Shown in pieces: positions 47,933 through 56,386 of a stretch of DNA of 64,000 nt. The stretch spans positions 23,011 through 87,010 of the forward strand of contig CAZBAJ010000002.1 in the NCBI GenBank assembly GCA_964490125.1, in the 5' to 3' direction. The notes under the pieces were generated by a model. It did not search any database. It was not told where the DNA came from and saw only the letters and a list, made by a program, of their open reading frames with translations. How positions within the stretch are numbered: the stretch's first letter is position 1; each line of letters opens with the position of its first letter. This DNA comes from an uncultured Candidatus Saccharibacteria bacterium (GTDB taxonomy: Bacteria > Patescibacteriota > WWE3 > UBA101185 > UBA10185). A program made the translations under genes and the position numbers.

Positions 47933-48823
47933 CTACTCACTTTCTAATTGACCTTCCAGCGTCCGTAAGTCGTGCAGTGCCTTTTGGGCTAGCTCTTTTG
48001 ACGGAGGCTTTCCGTGCCATTCAAATTTATACTCCATCTCGGCAACGCCTTTGCCCGGGATGGTATGAGCAATTATAGCAGTCGGGCGTTCGTAAATGTT
48101 TTTTGCCAGTTCACAGGCGCTAATAATTTCTTCCATGTTGTGACCGTTAATTTCTATTACATACCACTTAAAGGCTTCCAGCTTGTCGCGCAAGGGTTCT
48201 AACGGCATGGTTTGCTCCGTGTAGCCGTCAATTTGAATGTTATTGCGGTCTATAATCCAAGTTAGGTTGTTTAATTTGTGGTTGGGGGCAAACATGGCGG
48301 ATTCCCAAATTGCGCCTTCGTCAAGTTCACCGTCGCCTGTTATGCAATAAATTCTGTACGACTTTTGACTAAGTTTGCCGGCAAGCGCCATGCCACAAGC
48401 CAAACTTAAGCCCTGACCTAAAGGTCCGCTGGTAAAATCTATGCCTAATTGTGGGTTTATATGCGGATGACCTTGTAAATTAGACTCAAATTTGCGCAAT
48501 GTTTTTAAGTCCGACTTTGGCAAAAAGCCCTTTTTAATTAGTGTAGCGTACAAAATAGGGCAGGCATGTCCGTTTGACAAAATTAGTCGGTCACGATTTG
48601 GATCCGCGGGTTTTTTTGGGTCGACATTAAGAATACTAAAGTACAGCGCGGTAAAAATGTCCGTAAGCCCCAATGACGACGCCGAATGCCCCGATCCCGC
48701 CGTCAACAACATTTTTATGACATCCTGACGGAGTTGCACCGCAAGTTCTTCTAATTCCAGCAGGTAGCTGTTTTGGGCGTGAAAATGCGACTTAGATAAT
48801 TTACTGACTTTTGGTTGGGGCAT
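47933..48823 (-). CDS. transketolase, N-terminal (TPP-binding) subunit
   Basis: GHSASSLGLTDIF…GDGELDEGAIWE. Confidence 0.85.
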   Translation of the reverse strand: MPQPKVSKLSKSHFHAQNSYLLELEELAVQLRQDVIKMLLTAGSGHSASSLGLTDIFTALYFSILNVDPKKPADPNRDRLILSNGHACPILYATLIKKGFLPKSDLKTLRKFESNLQGHPHINPQLGIDFTSGPLGQGLSLACGMALAGKLSQKSYRIYCITGDGELDEGAIWESAMFAPNHKLNNLTWIIDRNNIQIDGYTEQTMPLEPLRDKLEAFKWYVIEINGHNMEEIISACELAKNIYERPTAIIAHTIPGKGVAEMEYKFEWHGKPPSKELAQKALHDLRTLEGQLESE

Positions 48824-48854
48824 TGAATCGATTATAGACTAATCCGATGGTAAC

Positions 48855-49484
48855 TCAACCAAGCGAATTAATATAGTCCAAAACTTCCTGCGGGGAATTG
48901 CAAAAATGAATCAAATCGGTTTCCTGGTCGGTTATAAGCATACACTTTTGGAGCGTTGCCATAACCTGTCTCCAAGAGTCGCCAAACAAAATTATAGGTT
49001 TATGGTTTGGTTCATGAATCCACGAGCTTATCCAGGTCATACCAAGCTCGCTTAGCGTACCCAAACTGCCGTTGTAAACTATATGCAGGTCGGAGTTTTG
49101 GAGCATGACTTTTGTGCGGTCAAAATAATCCAAAGTCATAATTTCCTCATCGGGTTTGTTGTTCGGGTCAACGCCTTCGTAGTGTCTCTTTGGTTTGTTG
49201 GGGTGATAAGTTACCGCCAAAGTTTTCCCGCCACCCATGCGTCCGCCCATAGTAGAAGCCCGCATAACCCCTGGTCCGCCACCATTAACAATTTCATAAC
49301 CGTTTTGGGCCAAAAGTCTGGCGGTTTCGTAGGCGTCAATATAGGTTTGATCGGTTTCTTTCCATGCCGCGCCACCTAAAAACGCAATTTTTTTAATCTT
49401 CTTTAAGGGTAAGTTCGTCGCCAAAGCTGTGGCGTTTTCTGCTAGCGAGGTAATTGTTGCGGGCATGATCGTATTGTAACACAA
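48855..49484 (-). CDS. LOG/TIGR00730-family Rossmann-fold protein
   Basis: …GGGPGVM… core. Overlaps the rpe 3' tail. Confidence 0.55.
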   Translation of the reverse strand: MCYNTIMPATITSLAENATALATNLPLKKIKKIAFLGGAAWKETDQTYIDAYETARLLAQNGYEIVNGGGPGVMRASTMGGRMGGGKTLAVTYHPNKPKRHYEGVDPNNKPDEEIMTLDYFDRTKVMLQNSDLHIVYNGSLGTLSELGMTWISSWIHEPNHKPIILFGDSWRQVMATLQKCMLITDQETDLIHFCNSPQEVLDYINSLG

Positions 49485-50139
49485 AATTTTGGTACGACTT
49501 TATGGGATCCGGTGATTTAAAAATTGCCGAGCCGATAATTAAATCGTCCGCACCGGCTTCTATGACCATGGGTAGGGTGTCCTGCGCAATTCCCCCGTCA
49601 ACCTGCAAAACTGTAGTTGGGTAAAGCTCTTTAAAGCGGGCAATTTTGTCAAGCGACTCCATTATAAATGGGCGACCCTGCGCGCCCGGATCCACCGTCA
49701 TAAATTGGACAAAATTACATTGTTTTATACAGTCGCCAAAATCCTCAAACGGCGTTGAGTGATTAAAAGAAAGCCCTACCCGGATATTTTTGGCCTTTAG
49801 AACATCGTCAAACGCCTCTAGGCAAAGCGGTTTGTACATAAACGCCTCCGCCTGAATACATACTTCTTTGACGATGGAGGGCAAAAACATAAGCATTTCC
49901 TCCGGTTTTTGGACCATTAGGTGAAGTTGAAGTTGGACGGGGTTGGGTTGGATTTGGGTGGGATTGGACCGGTTTGTATCGCTAAGTTGGTTAAGTAAGG
50001 TTAAATCCGTAAAGGTTTTTCCGCTAACCAACTCACCGTCGGCAATGTCCAGCTGGATTTTTGGGGCAACGATCTTTATTATTTCTATCCTATTTAGCGC
50101 CTCTTGCGATGTTTGTTCTAAGATTCCAGGTATTACCAT
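49393..50139 (-). CDS. rpe: ribulose-phosphate 3-epimerase-like (TIM barrel) with low-complexity insert and extended C-terminal tail
   Basis: N-terminal VIPGIL…IQLDIADG and C-terminal DGGIAQDT…GSAIF blocks. Confidence 0.55.
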   Translation of the reverse strand: MVIPGILEQTSQEALNRIEIIKIVAPKIQLDIADGELVSGKTFTDLTLLNQLSDTNRSNPTQIQPNPVQLQLHLMVQKPEEMLMFLPSIVKEVCIQAEAFMYKPLCLEAFDDVLKAKNIRVGLSFNHSTPFEDFGDCIKQCNFVQFMTVDPGAQGRPFIMESLDKIARFKELYPTTVLQVDGGIAQDTLPMVIEAGADDLIIGSAIFKSPDPIKSYQNFVLQYDHARNNYLASRKRHSFGDELTLKED

Positions 50140-50141
50140 AT

Positions 50142-51197
50142 TTATCCTAAGGCAATCTCCTCCAGCTTTTTTAGTCGTCTGGTATGTCTTTCTTCATTAC
50201 TAAATGGCGTTTCCAAAAAAGCCAACGCCGTTTGTAGGGCGGCTTCTTTGGTAATGTAGTCGGCGGGGAGAGCTAAAAAGTTGGCGTCATCGTCTTGTCT
50301 GGCAGATTTTGCATGCTCCGGATTAAATGAAAGCGCGCATCTAACGCCTTCCATTTTATTAGCTAAGACGCTTACCCCAACCCCGTTTTTACAAATTACA
50401 ATTGTGGGGATGGTTGACTTCTGACCCTGCCTCTGGTAATCTTGGTCTAATATTGGGAGCTGAGGGATAATCGGCGCTTCGGCGTTAGAAAGTTCCCGAC
50501 GTCGCCAACAAGCGAGAGACAGCTCCTTTATTGTTTCATCGTCTACCTTTATTCCTTGGTTTGCTACGCTACCTTTCCACATTACGGAAAGGAAAGTTAC
50601 AGGTCCTTTGTTTGTTGAGTTCAAAACCACCTTTACCTTTACAAATTCAACAACATCATCATACGCCCAATACTCATCCGTGGTGTTTTGATATATTTTT
50701 TTGATGTAGACAGGGTCGGCTTCTGTTTTACAAAGCAGGTAGGGTACTCTCGGTAATGCAAAAAACCTGGTGATTAATTCGTTTAAAGATCGTTTTTTCT
50801 CCACCATGTGATTCCATCCTGTGCTGGAAAAAACTATTCTCTGATTGCGGTCTGCAGGATTAGTAACATCTTTTTTACATAAAACATCGTTGTAATACCT
50901 ACCGGCGATTTTTTCTGTGTACTCAAAAGACTTTTTCTGAATCGTATTAACATCCTCTTTATAATCTAGTCCGTAGTAGGCCAATTGTTTAAGGGTGTCC
51001 GGGTAATCGTCGTCAGGTTTATATTTCCAGGGTCCAAAATCGCGTACCTGGTAGCCTAGTAGCTTAAGTCTGCTCACGATATAATTTTTTAATCTAAAAC
51101 CACCGTGGTCACTGGCAATAAAAACATTTTTTGGTTGTTGAGTGTTTGCAATTTCCACAGGAAAAACATAACACACATTGCAGTTATCCGTCAACAT
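50142..51197 (-). CDS. rpiB: ribose-5-phosphate isomerase B interrupted in-frame by a ~190-aa insertion domain
   Basis: N-terminal block FIASDHGGFRLKNYIVSRLKLLGYQVRDFGP and C-terminal block ICKNGVGVSVLANKMEGVRCAL…ANFLALPA…EERHTRR are colinear with RpiB residues 1-60 and 65-145. About 190 non-RpiB residues in between. Confidence 0.6.
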   Translation of the reverse strand: MLTDNCNVCYVFPVEIANTQQPKNVFIASDHGGFRLKNYIVSRLKLLGYQVRDFGPWKYKPDDDYPDTLKQLAYYGLDYKEDVNTIQKKSFEYTEKIAGRYYNDVLCKKDVTNPADRNQRIVFSSTGWNHMVEKKRSLNELITRFFALPRVPYLLCKTEADPVYIKKIYQNTTDEYWAYDDVVEFVKVKVVLNSTNKGPVTFLSVMWKGSVANQGIKVDDETIKELSLACWRRRELSNAEAPIIPQLPILDQDYQRQGQKSTIPTIVICKNGVGVSVLANKMEGVRCALSFNPEHAKSARQDDDANFLALPADYITKEAALQTALAFLETPFSNEERHTRRLKKLEEIALG

Positions 51198-51217
51198 TTG
51201 TGGTGTAAAATTAGCTC

Positions 51218-52087
51218 ATGTACGGCTTTTGTATTTTTTTGGGAATTATGTGTGCGACTTTGGTAGGTGAGCGGTTGTGTAAAAAGCACGGTTTGGATGC
51301 CCAGGTTTTTTGGCGCATGGTATTTTTTGCTTTAGTTTTTGGACTTTTGGGGGCGCGTCTTTATCATGTGATACATCGTTTGGATTATTTTTTGGTTCAC
51401 CCACAGGAAGTTTTTATGGTTTGGCAAGGTGGATTTGGCATTTGGGGCGCAATTTTTGGTGGACTTTTTGGGCTTTATCTTTCGTCTATAAATCTACGCA
51501 AGTTAGGGTTTGCCGAAACAAGGGCGACGGTAGTAGGTACGAAGATTGTTTCCAGTCGTAAAGATGCTGTGTCTTATTTAGACATTTTTGCCGTTTGCGC
51601 CCCTTTGGCTCAAGCAATCGGGCGGTGGGGAAATTACTTTAACAAAGAGCTTTTTGGTTTTCCCACAAATTTGCCTTGGGGAATTTATATTCCGCCCCAC
51701 CTCCGTCCAGAAACTTTTAAATACTACGATCGCTTCCACCCGCTGTTTTTATACGAGTTGCTTTTATCCTTTGGACTTTTTGTCTTGTTGTACAGAATTT
51801 ATAGTTTGCAGGATGTACACAGTCGGCAGGACGGGAGGAGTAAACAGTGTCAACACTTTATCGGATGGATCCTTTTACCTCGCGGTTCTTTTGCCCTACT
51901 TTACTTGTCAGGCTACGCCGTTATAAGATTTTTTCTGGAATTTCTACGCCCAAATCCTTGGAAAGTCCTAAATCTTCCAGTCGCTAGCATTGTAGCAATT
52001 ATAGTATTTTCGTCGTCCCTAACTTTGTTTTTTATTGCTAACATTAAAGCCAATAAGCGCCAGCATAAAAAAGATAATTCCACTTAA
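51218..52087 (+). CDS. lgt: prolipoprotein diacylglyceryl transferase
   Basis: Lgt signature region RWGNYFNKELFG…PWGIY. 7 TM. Confidence 0.8.
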   Translation: MYGFCIFLGIMCATLVGERLCKKHGLDAQVFWRMVFFALVFGLLGARLYHVIHRLDYFLVHPQEVFMVWQGGFGIWGAIFGGLFGLYLSSINLRKLGFAETRATVVGTKIVSSRKDAVSYLDIFAVCAPLAQAIGRWGNYFNKELFGFPTNLPWGIYIPPHLRPETFKYYDRFHPLFLYELLLSFGLFVLLYRIYSLQDVHSRQDGRSKQCQHFIGWILLPRGSFALLYLSGYAVIRFFLEFLRPNPWKVLNLPVASIVAIIVFSSSLTLFFIANIKANKRQHKKDNST

Positions 52088-52301
52088 ATTAGAAAGTATG
52101 ATGTCCGTAACTTTTGCTCTAAACGCGTCTTCCATTACGGCTCTAAAAATAAACAGACAAAACACAAACAGAGCAATCACAAAAACTCCCAAAAGTGCCC
52201 ACTGGCGTAATCTTTTTTGGAATTCGTATAGGTCGTTTTTTTTCCAGTTGCTTCAACTCGTCGTCCGAATATAGTTTTTTAGCTTCTTGTTCCATAGGCT
52301 G

Positions 52302-52826
52302 TTACGCAAACGAAACATACTCAACTTTGTAACCCAAATCTTTAAGTCGCAAAAGCGCCACGGCAACAGAAACCTTAAATTTTTCTGCCACCCGCCTAAG
52401 CGCTTCCGCGTTAATAAAGCTTTTAGCGTCAGCCGTTTTTTTAAGCGATTCCAACACCATTTCTTTTGGCATTAGAATTTCCGCCGCCAGTTTGTTAGCT
52501 TCGTCCTCAAGTTTTCTGTCCGCCGTATGAAAAACCTTTGCCCTGTCAATTGCATGTCTTTCTTTAACAATTGGCGCGTGTTTAATAAAATGGGCAATTT
52601 CATGAGCTATGGAAAATCTTTGCCTATTTACGGGATGGGCGCTGTTGACTTGAATAGTAAAAGCATTGGTTTCTGCCTGATACATAAGCTGGGAATTAAA
52701 ATCGTTGGATTCCTGCACGGCGTACACTTCCATACCTAAAGTATTTGCCAGTTTAACAACATCAATCGAGTCGCCTGTTAGACTTTTATGTTGAAGTATT
52801 CTATTTAAAAGTTCCTGCTCTACCAT
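52302..52826 (-). CDS. ImmA/IrrE-family metallopeptidase (DUF955, HEIAH motif)
   Basis: SIAHEIAHFIKH zinc-binding motif. Confidence 0.65.
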   Translation of the reverse strand: MVEQELLNRILQHKSLTGDSIDVVKLANTLGMEVYAVQESNDFNSQLMYQAETNAFTIQVNSAHPVNRQRFSIAHEIAHFIKHAPIVKERHAIDRAKVFHTADRKLEDEANKLAAEILMPKEMVLESLKKTADAKSFINAEALRRVAEKFKVSVAVALLRLKDLGYKVEYVSFA

Positions 52827-52970
52827 GCCCCCACCTTACACGAATATTAACCGAAATGCAAGTGGATAAATTTGCTACCAAAAAAACTAAGGACGACTGG
52901 GTTACAAAAACTTCTGTCACCATCCTGTAATAATATTGACAGATGTCTCTAAACCTGTCACACTAAAAAC

Positions 52971-53252
52971 ATGGTCGCTCAACTTATTGCCAAAGAAAAA
53001 TTTACTAGTGTTCAAGTTGCCCAAGCCGGTATAACAAAGCTGTTTCAAAATGCAGAAGCAGAAGGCACCTTTTACAGAGTTCTTAGAAACAACGAGCCCT
53101 TAGGTGTATTAGTGCCAAATGAGTTTTGGGACGAGTTATTAGAGGACATGGAGGCTTTGTCTAGCCCTACTTTAGGAAAAGATTTGGAGGATGCTCTAAA
53201 GTACGACAAAACCTACACACCGCAGGAAGTCAAAAAAGTTTTAGGATTGTAA
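52971..53252 (+). CDS. Phd/YefM-family antitoxin
   Basis: 93 aa. 1-nt spacing to the RelE-like gene. Inverted repeat tgacag-N12-ctgtca in its promoter region. Confidence 0.6.
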   Translation: MVAQLIAKEKFTSVQVAQAGITKLFQNAEAEGTFYRVLRNNEPLGVLVPNEFWDELLEDMEALSSPTLGKDLEDALKYDKTYTPQEVKKVLGL

Positions 53253-53253
53253 A

Positions 53254-53511
53254 GTGCAATATTCCTACTCCTATAAAGCATTAAACGACCTTGGAAAATT
53301 GCCAAGAGAACTGCAAACCAGGATTACTGAAAAGCTAGAATTTATTTTTGAAAACAACCTCTTGGCAACCCACTCTCGTCCGCTTGCGGGTAGTAAATCA
53401 GGGTGCTCAAGAATCAGAATCGGTGACTATCGCGCAATTTTTCACATTCAGACGACTGGAATTGCAGTAGTTATTAAGGTTGCGCACAGAAAGGATATTT
53501 ACAATTTGTGA
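53254..53511 (+). CDS. RelE/ParE-family toxin
   Basis: C-terminal GDYRAIFHI…VIKVAHRKDIY matches RelE/ParE. Confidence 0.7.
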   Translation: MQYSYSYKALNDLGKLPRELQTRITEKLEFIFENNLLATHSRPLAGSKSGCSRIRIGDYRAIFHIQTTGIAVVIKVAHRKDIYNL

Positions 53512-54035
53512 CATACATAATGGTCGACATAGAGGCAGATGGACCGATTCCGGGCGATTATTCCATGATCGCGCTTGGGGCGGTTTTGGTTGACGCCACG
53601 CTGGACAATACTTTTTTGGGTTTGCTTAGGCCCATGTCAGACAAATTTATTCCGGAGGCGCTGGCAGTTTCCGGCTACTCCCGCGAGCAGACTTTGCAGT
53701 TTGACGACCCCGCTCGCGTAATGAGCAACTTTAACAGTTGGCTCACCGTCCATGTAAAAGATCGTCCAATGTTTATAAGTGACAATAACGGTTTCGATTT
53801 TATGTTTGTGTGTTGGTATTTTCACCATTTTTTGGGCGACAATCCGTTCGGTCATTCGTCAACAAATTTGGGGAGTTTGTATAAAGGACTTGTTGCCAAC
53901 ACGCGCAAAAATTTTAAGCATTTGCGTCAAACCAAGCACACGCATAATCCGGTGGACGACGCTATGGGCAACGCTCAAGCCTTTTTGCAGTTGGCTAAAG
54001 AGTATAATTTGGATGTTTTGCCGAATATTGCCTAA
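53508..54035 (+). CDS. DEDDh-type 3'-5' exonuclease, co-transcribed with the toxin (4-nt overlap)
   Basis: Exo I MVDIEADG, Exo II DNNGFDF, Exo III HNPVDDA. Confidence 0.55.
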   Translation: MTYIMVDIEADGPIPGDYSMIALGAVLVDATLDNTFLGLLRPMSDKFIPEALAVSGYSREQTLQFDDPARVMSNFNSWLTVHVKDRPMFISDNNGFDFMFVCWYFHHFLGDNPFGHSSTNLGSLYKGLVANTRKNFKHLRQTKHTHNPVDDAMGNAQAFLQLAKEYNLDVLPNIA

Positions 54036-54051
54036 TGTTGCCAAATGCTTC

Positions 54052-55044
54052 CTAATCTTGCGGAGCGGGTTTGTAAAACACACCGTTAGTAGTACCCATT
54101 TTATTAATAAACCCGCCATCCTGGAGTCTTTTTAAATCGTACCGCAAAGTTCTTTCATTCACGGCTAAAAATCGCCTTCTTATAGCGTCAAAATTTAGCA
54201 AACCATGTTCCTTTATCAGTCTAACTAATTCTGCGCGACGGGGTAAAAGCAAGTCTTCCGGTTCCACCTTTTTGTGATTTAACACCATTTCTTTGGCTTT
54301 TTCTGCCGACTCGGCAATAGACTCCAACATAAATTCTACATATGCAGTAACATCTTTTTCCGGTTCTTCAAGCATTTGATAATAAGTTGTCCTGTGATTT
54401 TCCAAATACTCCTCCAGGGGTAAAATTCCTTTCATGTCGTACCCGTCATTTTTAAGAATCTGCCTAATTAAAAGTCGCCCAACCCGCCCGCTTCCGTCCA
54501 AAAAGGGATGAATTTTTTCAAAAATATAATGCGCGACAACAGCTTTAATTGGCACAAACCGCTCACCAGACCCATTTATATAGTCTACAAGTTTGTCAAG
54601 CAGTTCTTCTATGTGACTTGGGGGTGGGGGCATATAAACAACTCCACCCGCCGAATTAAAAATTGCCTCCATATTATCGCGGATTTTTCCTAGGTGACTC
54701 TGGTGGAGCAAACCCTTCATGACAATCGCATGGAGTTTTAAAATCAGGTTTTTGGTTATTGGGGCGGGGTTTTTTTCCTGAATTAGGTTAATTGCTTTAA
54801 GGATGTTAAAAACCTCAATTTTCTTTTTATCCTTTGGACTTAGTAGGGCGAGCTCGTCAAATATTAGCGGATTACCCTCGATGTTGGCAGAGTACAGGGA
54901 ACTTTTAAGTGTAGACTTTCTGCGAATATTCAATTCTACTTCTGGTGGGATGTTTACGGCGTCAATAACCTGCTTGCACGCCTCTATCTTTGCCAGCAGT
55001 TCTGACATTGTAGGATTAAAAATGTAGATAGGTGGTATTAACAT
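54052..55044 (-). CDS. Fic-family protein with C-terminal winged-helix domain
   Basis: Fic motif HPFLDGSGRVGR (Asn replaced by Ser). Confidence 0.7.
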   Translation of the reverse strand: MLIPPIYIFNPTMSELLAKIEACKQVIDAVNIPPEVELNIRRKSTLKSSLYSANIEGNPLIFDELALLSPKDKKKIEVFNILKAINLIQEKNPAPITKNLILKLHAIVMKGLLHQSHLGKIRDNMEAIFNSAGGVVYMPPPPSHIEELLDKLVDYINGSGERFVPIKAVVAHYIFEKIHPFLDGSGRVGRLLIRQILKNDGYDMKGILPLEEYLENHRTTYYQMLEEPEKDVTAYVEFMLESIAESAEKAKEMVLNHKKVEPEDLLLPRRAELVRLIKEHGLLNFDAIRRRFLAVNERTLRYDLKRLQDGGFINKMGTTNGVFYKPAPQD

Positions 55045-55119
55045 TGCCTAATGTTACCAGATGTTGCCTAATAATGCCTAATTTTGCCAAATAAAGAGGT
55101 TGACATAGAATGGTGCGAC

Positions 55120-55443
55120 TTAAAGAGTTGGACGGAGGACAAGCAAAATTATGCCGACAAAGTAGAAAAAGCCCCAGCCCAGCGTCCAACCAAGCAAATT
55201 AAACGCTTCGCGATAGTTTTTATTCCAAAAAAGCACGCCCGCCCTGCCCAAAACCAGCAAAGCAGAAATTACCGCGGAAAGAATAAACAAAAGCAACATC
55301 AAAATTGGACCGTAAAATTTCATTGTGTCGATTTTGCTAAAAAGTGGTCCTAGGGTAAAAAAGTACGCCACCAGTCCTATGTAGACAACAAGTCCGCTTG
55401 CCTGCAAAAATCCTAAAAACGGTGTGGATAATTTCTTAACCAT
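55120..55443 (-). CDS. small membrane protein
   Basis: 107 aa, 3 TM. Preferred over the overlapping plus-strand ORF. Confidence 0.3.
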   Translation of the reverse strand: MVKKLSTPFLGFLQASGLVVYIGLVAYFFTLGPLFSKIDTMKFYGPILMLLLFILSAVISALLVLGRAGVLFWNKNYREAFNLLGWTLGWGFFYFVGIILLVLRPTL

Positions 55444-55476
55444 GGATATTATTATAACATCTGGTAAAATTAGTCC

Positions 55477-56328
55477 ATGCCTTGGATGTCATTAGCATTA
55501 ATCAGTATATTAACAGTTTCTATCGCGACAATATTAGAGAGAGTTCTTATGAAGAACGACGATAGTGATCCTATTAGCTACGCTATTGTTTTTCAATTTA
55601 TGTTAGGGTCCATATCATTGATTTTCGCACTTTTCTTTGGAAGGTTCGTGTTTCCCTCGCTTAGTATTTTGGGCTCTAGATTCATCCTTGCCACTTTTTT
55701 ATGGGCAGGTTCTACCGTATTCAGTTTCTCGGCTATGAAGAGATTGACCGCTGGGGAAGTTACCGTACTTACAACAAGTAGTACCGTTGTTTCTGTTGTT
55801 CTCGGAGTGTTACTTTTAAGAGAGCCGTTTTCCTTAAGGATATTTCTAGGGATAGTTTTAATTTTATTGTCGGTATGGTTGGTTAACAGTGCTAAAGTTA
55901 GTTTTGCTTCAAAGCAGGGAGTCGGGTTTGCTTTGTTGGCGGCGACATTCTGCGGTGTTGCCGTTGTTAATGATTTAGTAATTTTAAAAAACTACGAGGC
56001 GTTTTCTTACACTGCTGTTATGTCGTTTCTTCCCGGTTTGGCGTTGATGTTCATTTTTCCTGGGAAGGCAAAAAAGATAAGAACCATGTTAAAGCTCCAG
56101 ACGCTAAAAGTCATGTCGATTTTTTGTTTTTTCTATTCTATCCAAGCCATTACTTATTATCTTGCCTTTCAGGCCGGTGCTCCAGTTTCTTTATTATCCC
56201 CGCTTATTAAAACTTCCATTATTCTTACTGTAATTCTAGGTGTAATTTTTCTTGGTGAGCGCAATAATTTATTACGAAAAATTGTTGCCTCGTTATTAGT
56301 TACGATAGGTGCGGTGTTTTTAGGCTAG
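55477..56328 (+). CDS. EamA/DMT-family transporter
   Basis: 10 TM, duplicated EamA halves. Confidence 0.6.
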   Translation: MPWMSLALISILTVSIATILERVLMKNDDSDPISYAIVFQFMLGSISLIFALFFGRFVFPSLSILGSRFILATFLWAGSTVFSFSAMKRLTAGEVTVLTTSSTVVSVVLGVLLLREPFSLRIFLGIVLILLSVWLVNSAKVSFASKQGVGFALLAATFCGVAVVNDLVILKNYEAFSYTAVMSFLPGLALMFIFPGKAKKIRTMLKLQTLKVMSIFCFFYSIQAITYYLAFQAGAPVSLLSPLIKTSIILTVILGVIFLGERNNLLRKIVASLLVTIGAVFLG

Positions 56329-56386
56329 CGGGGCTACTGTGTCGCGGAATTTTGACTCCAACCCCCTATTTTAGTACCATTGCCTG

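Noticed and set aside
50142-51197. Intein in RpiB
   Set aside because: The insert lacks an N-terminal Cys/Ser and C-terminal HN plus nucleophile signature, and lacks endonuclease motifs.
52088-52300. Small minus-strand ORF (MEQEAKKLYSDDELKQLEKK…) whose +1 frame continues as a hydrophobic helix antisense to the lgt 3' end
   Set aside because: A frameshift would be needed to join them. The hydrophobic frame is probably a mirror of the lgt TM coding region. Left uncalled.
55084-55353. 89-aa plus-strand ORF
   Set aside because: Overlaps a more convincing 3-TM minus-strand ORF. Lys/Gln-rich low complexity.
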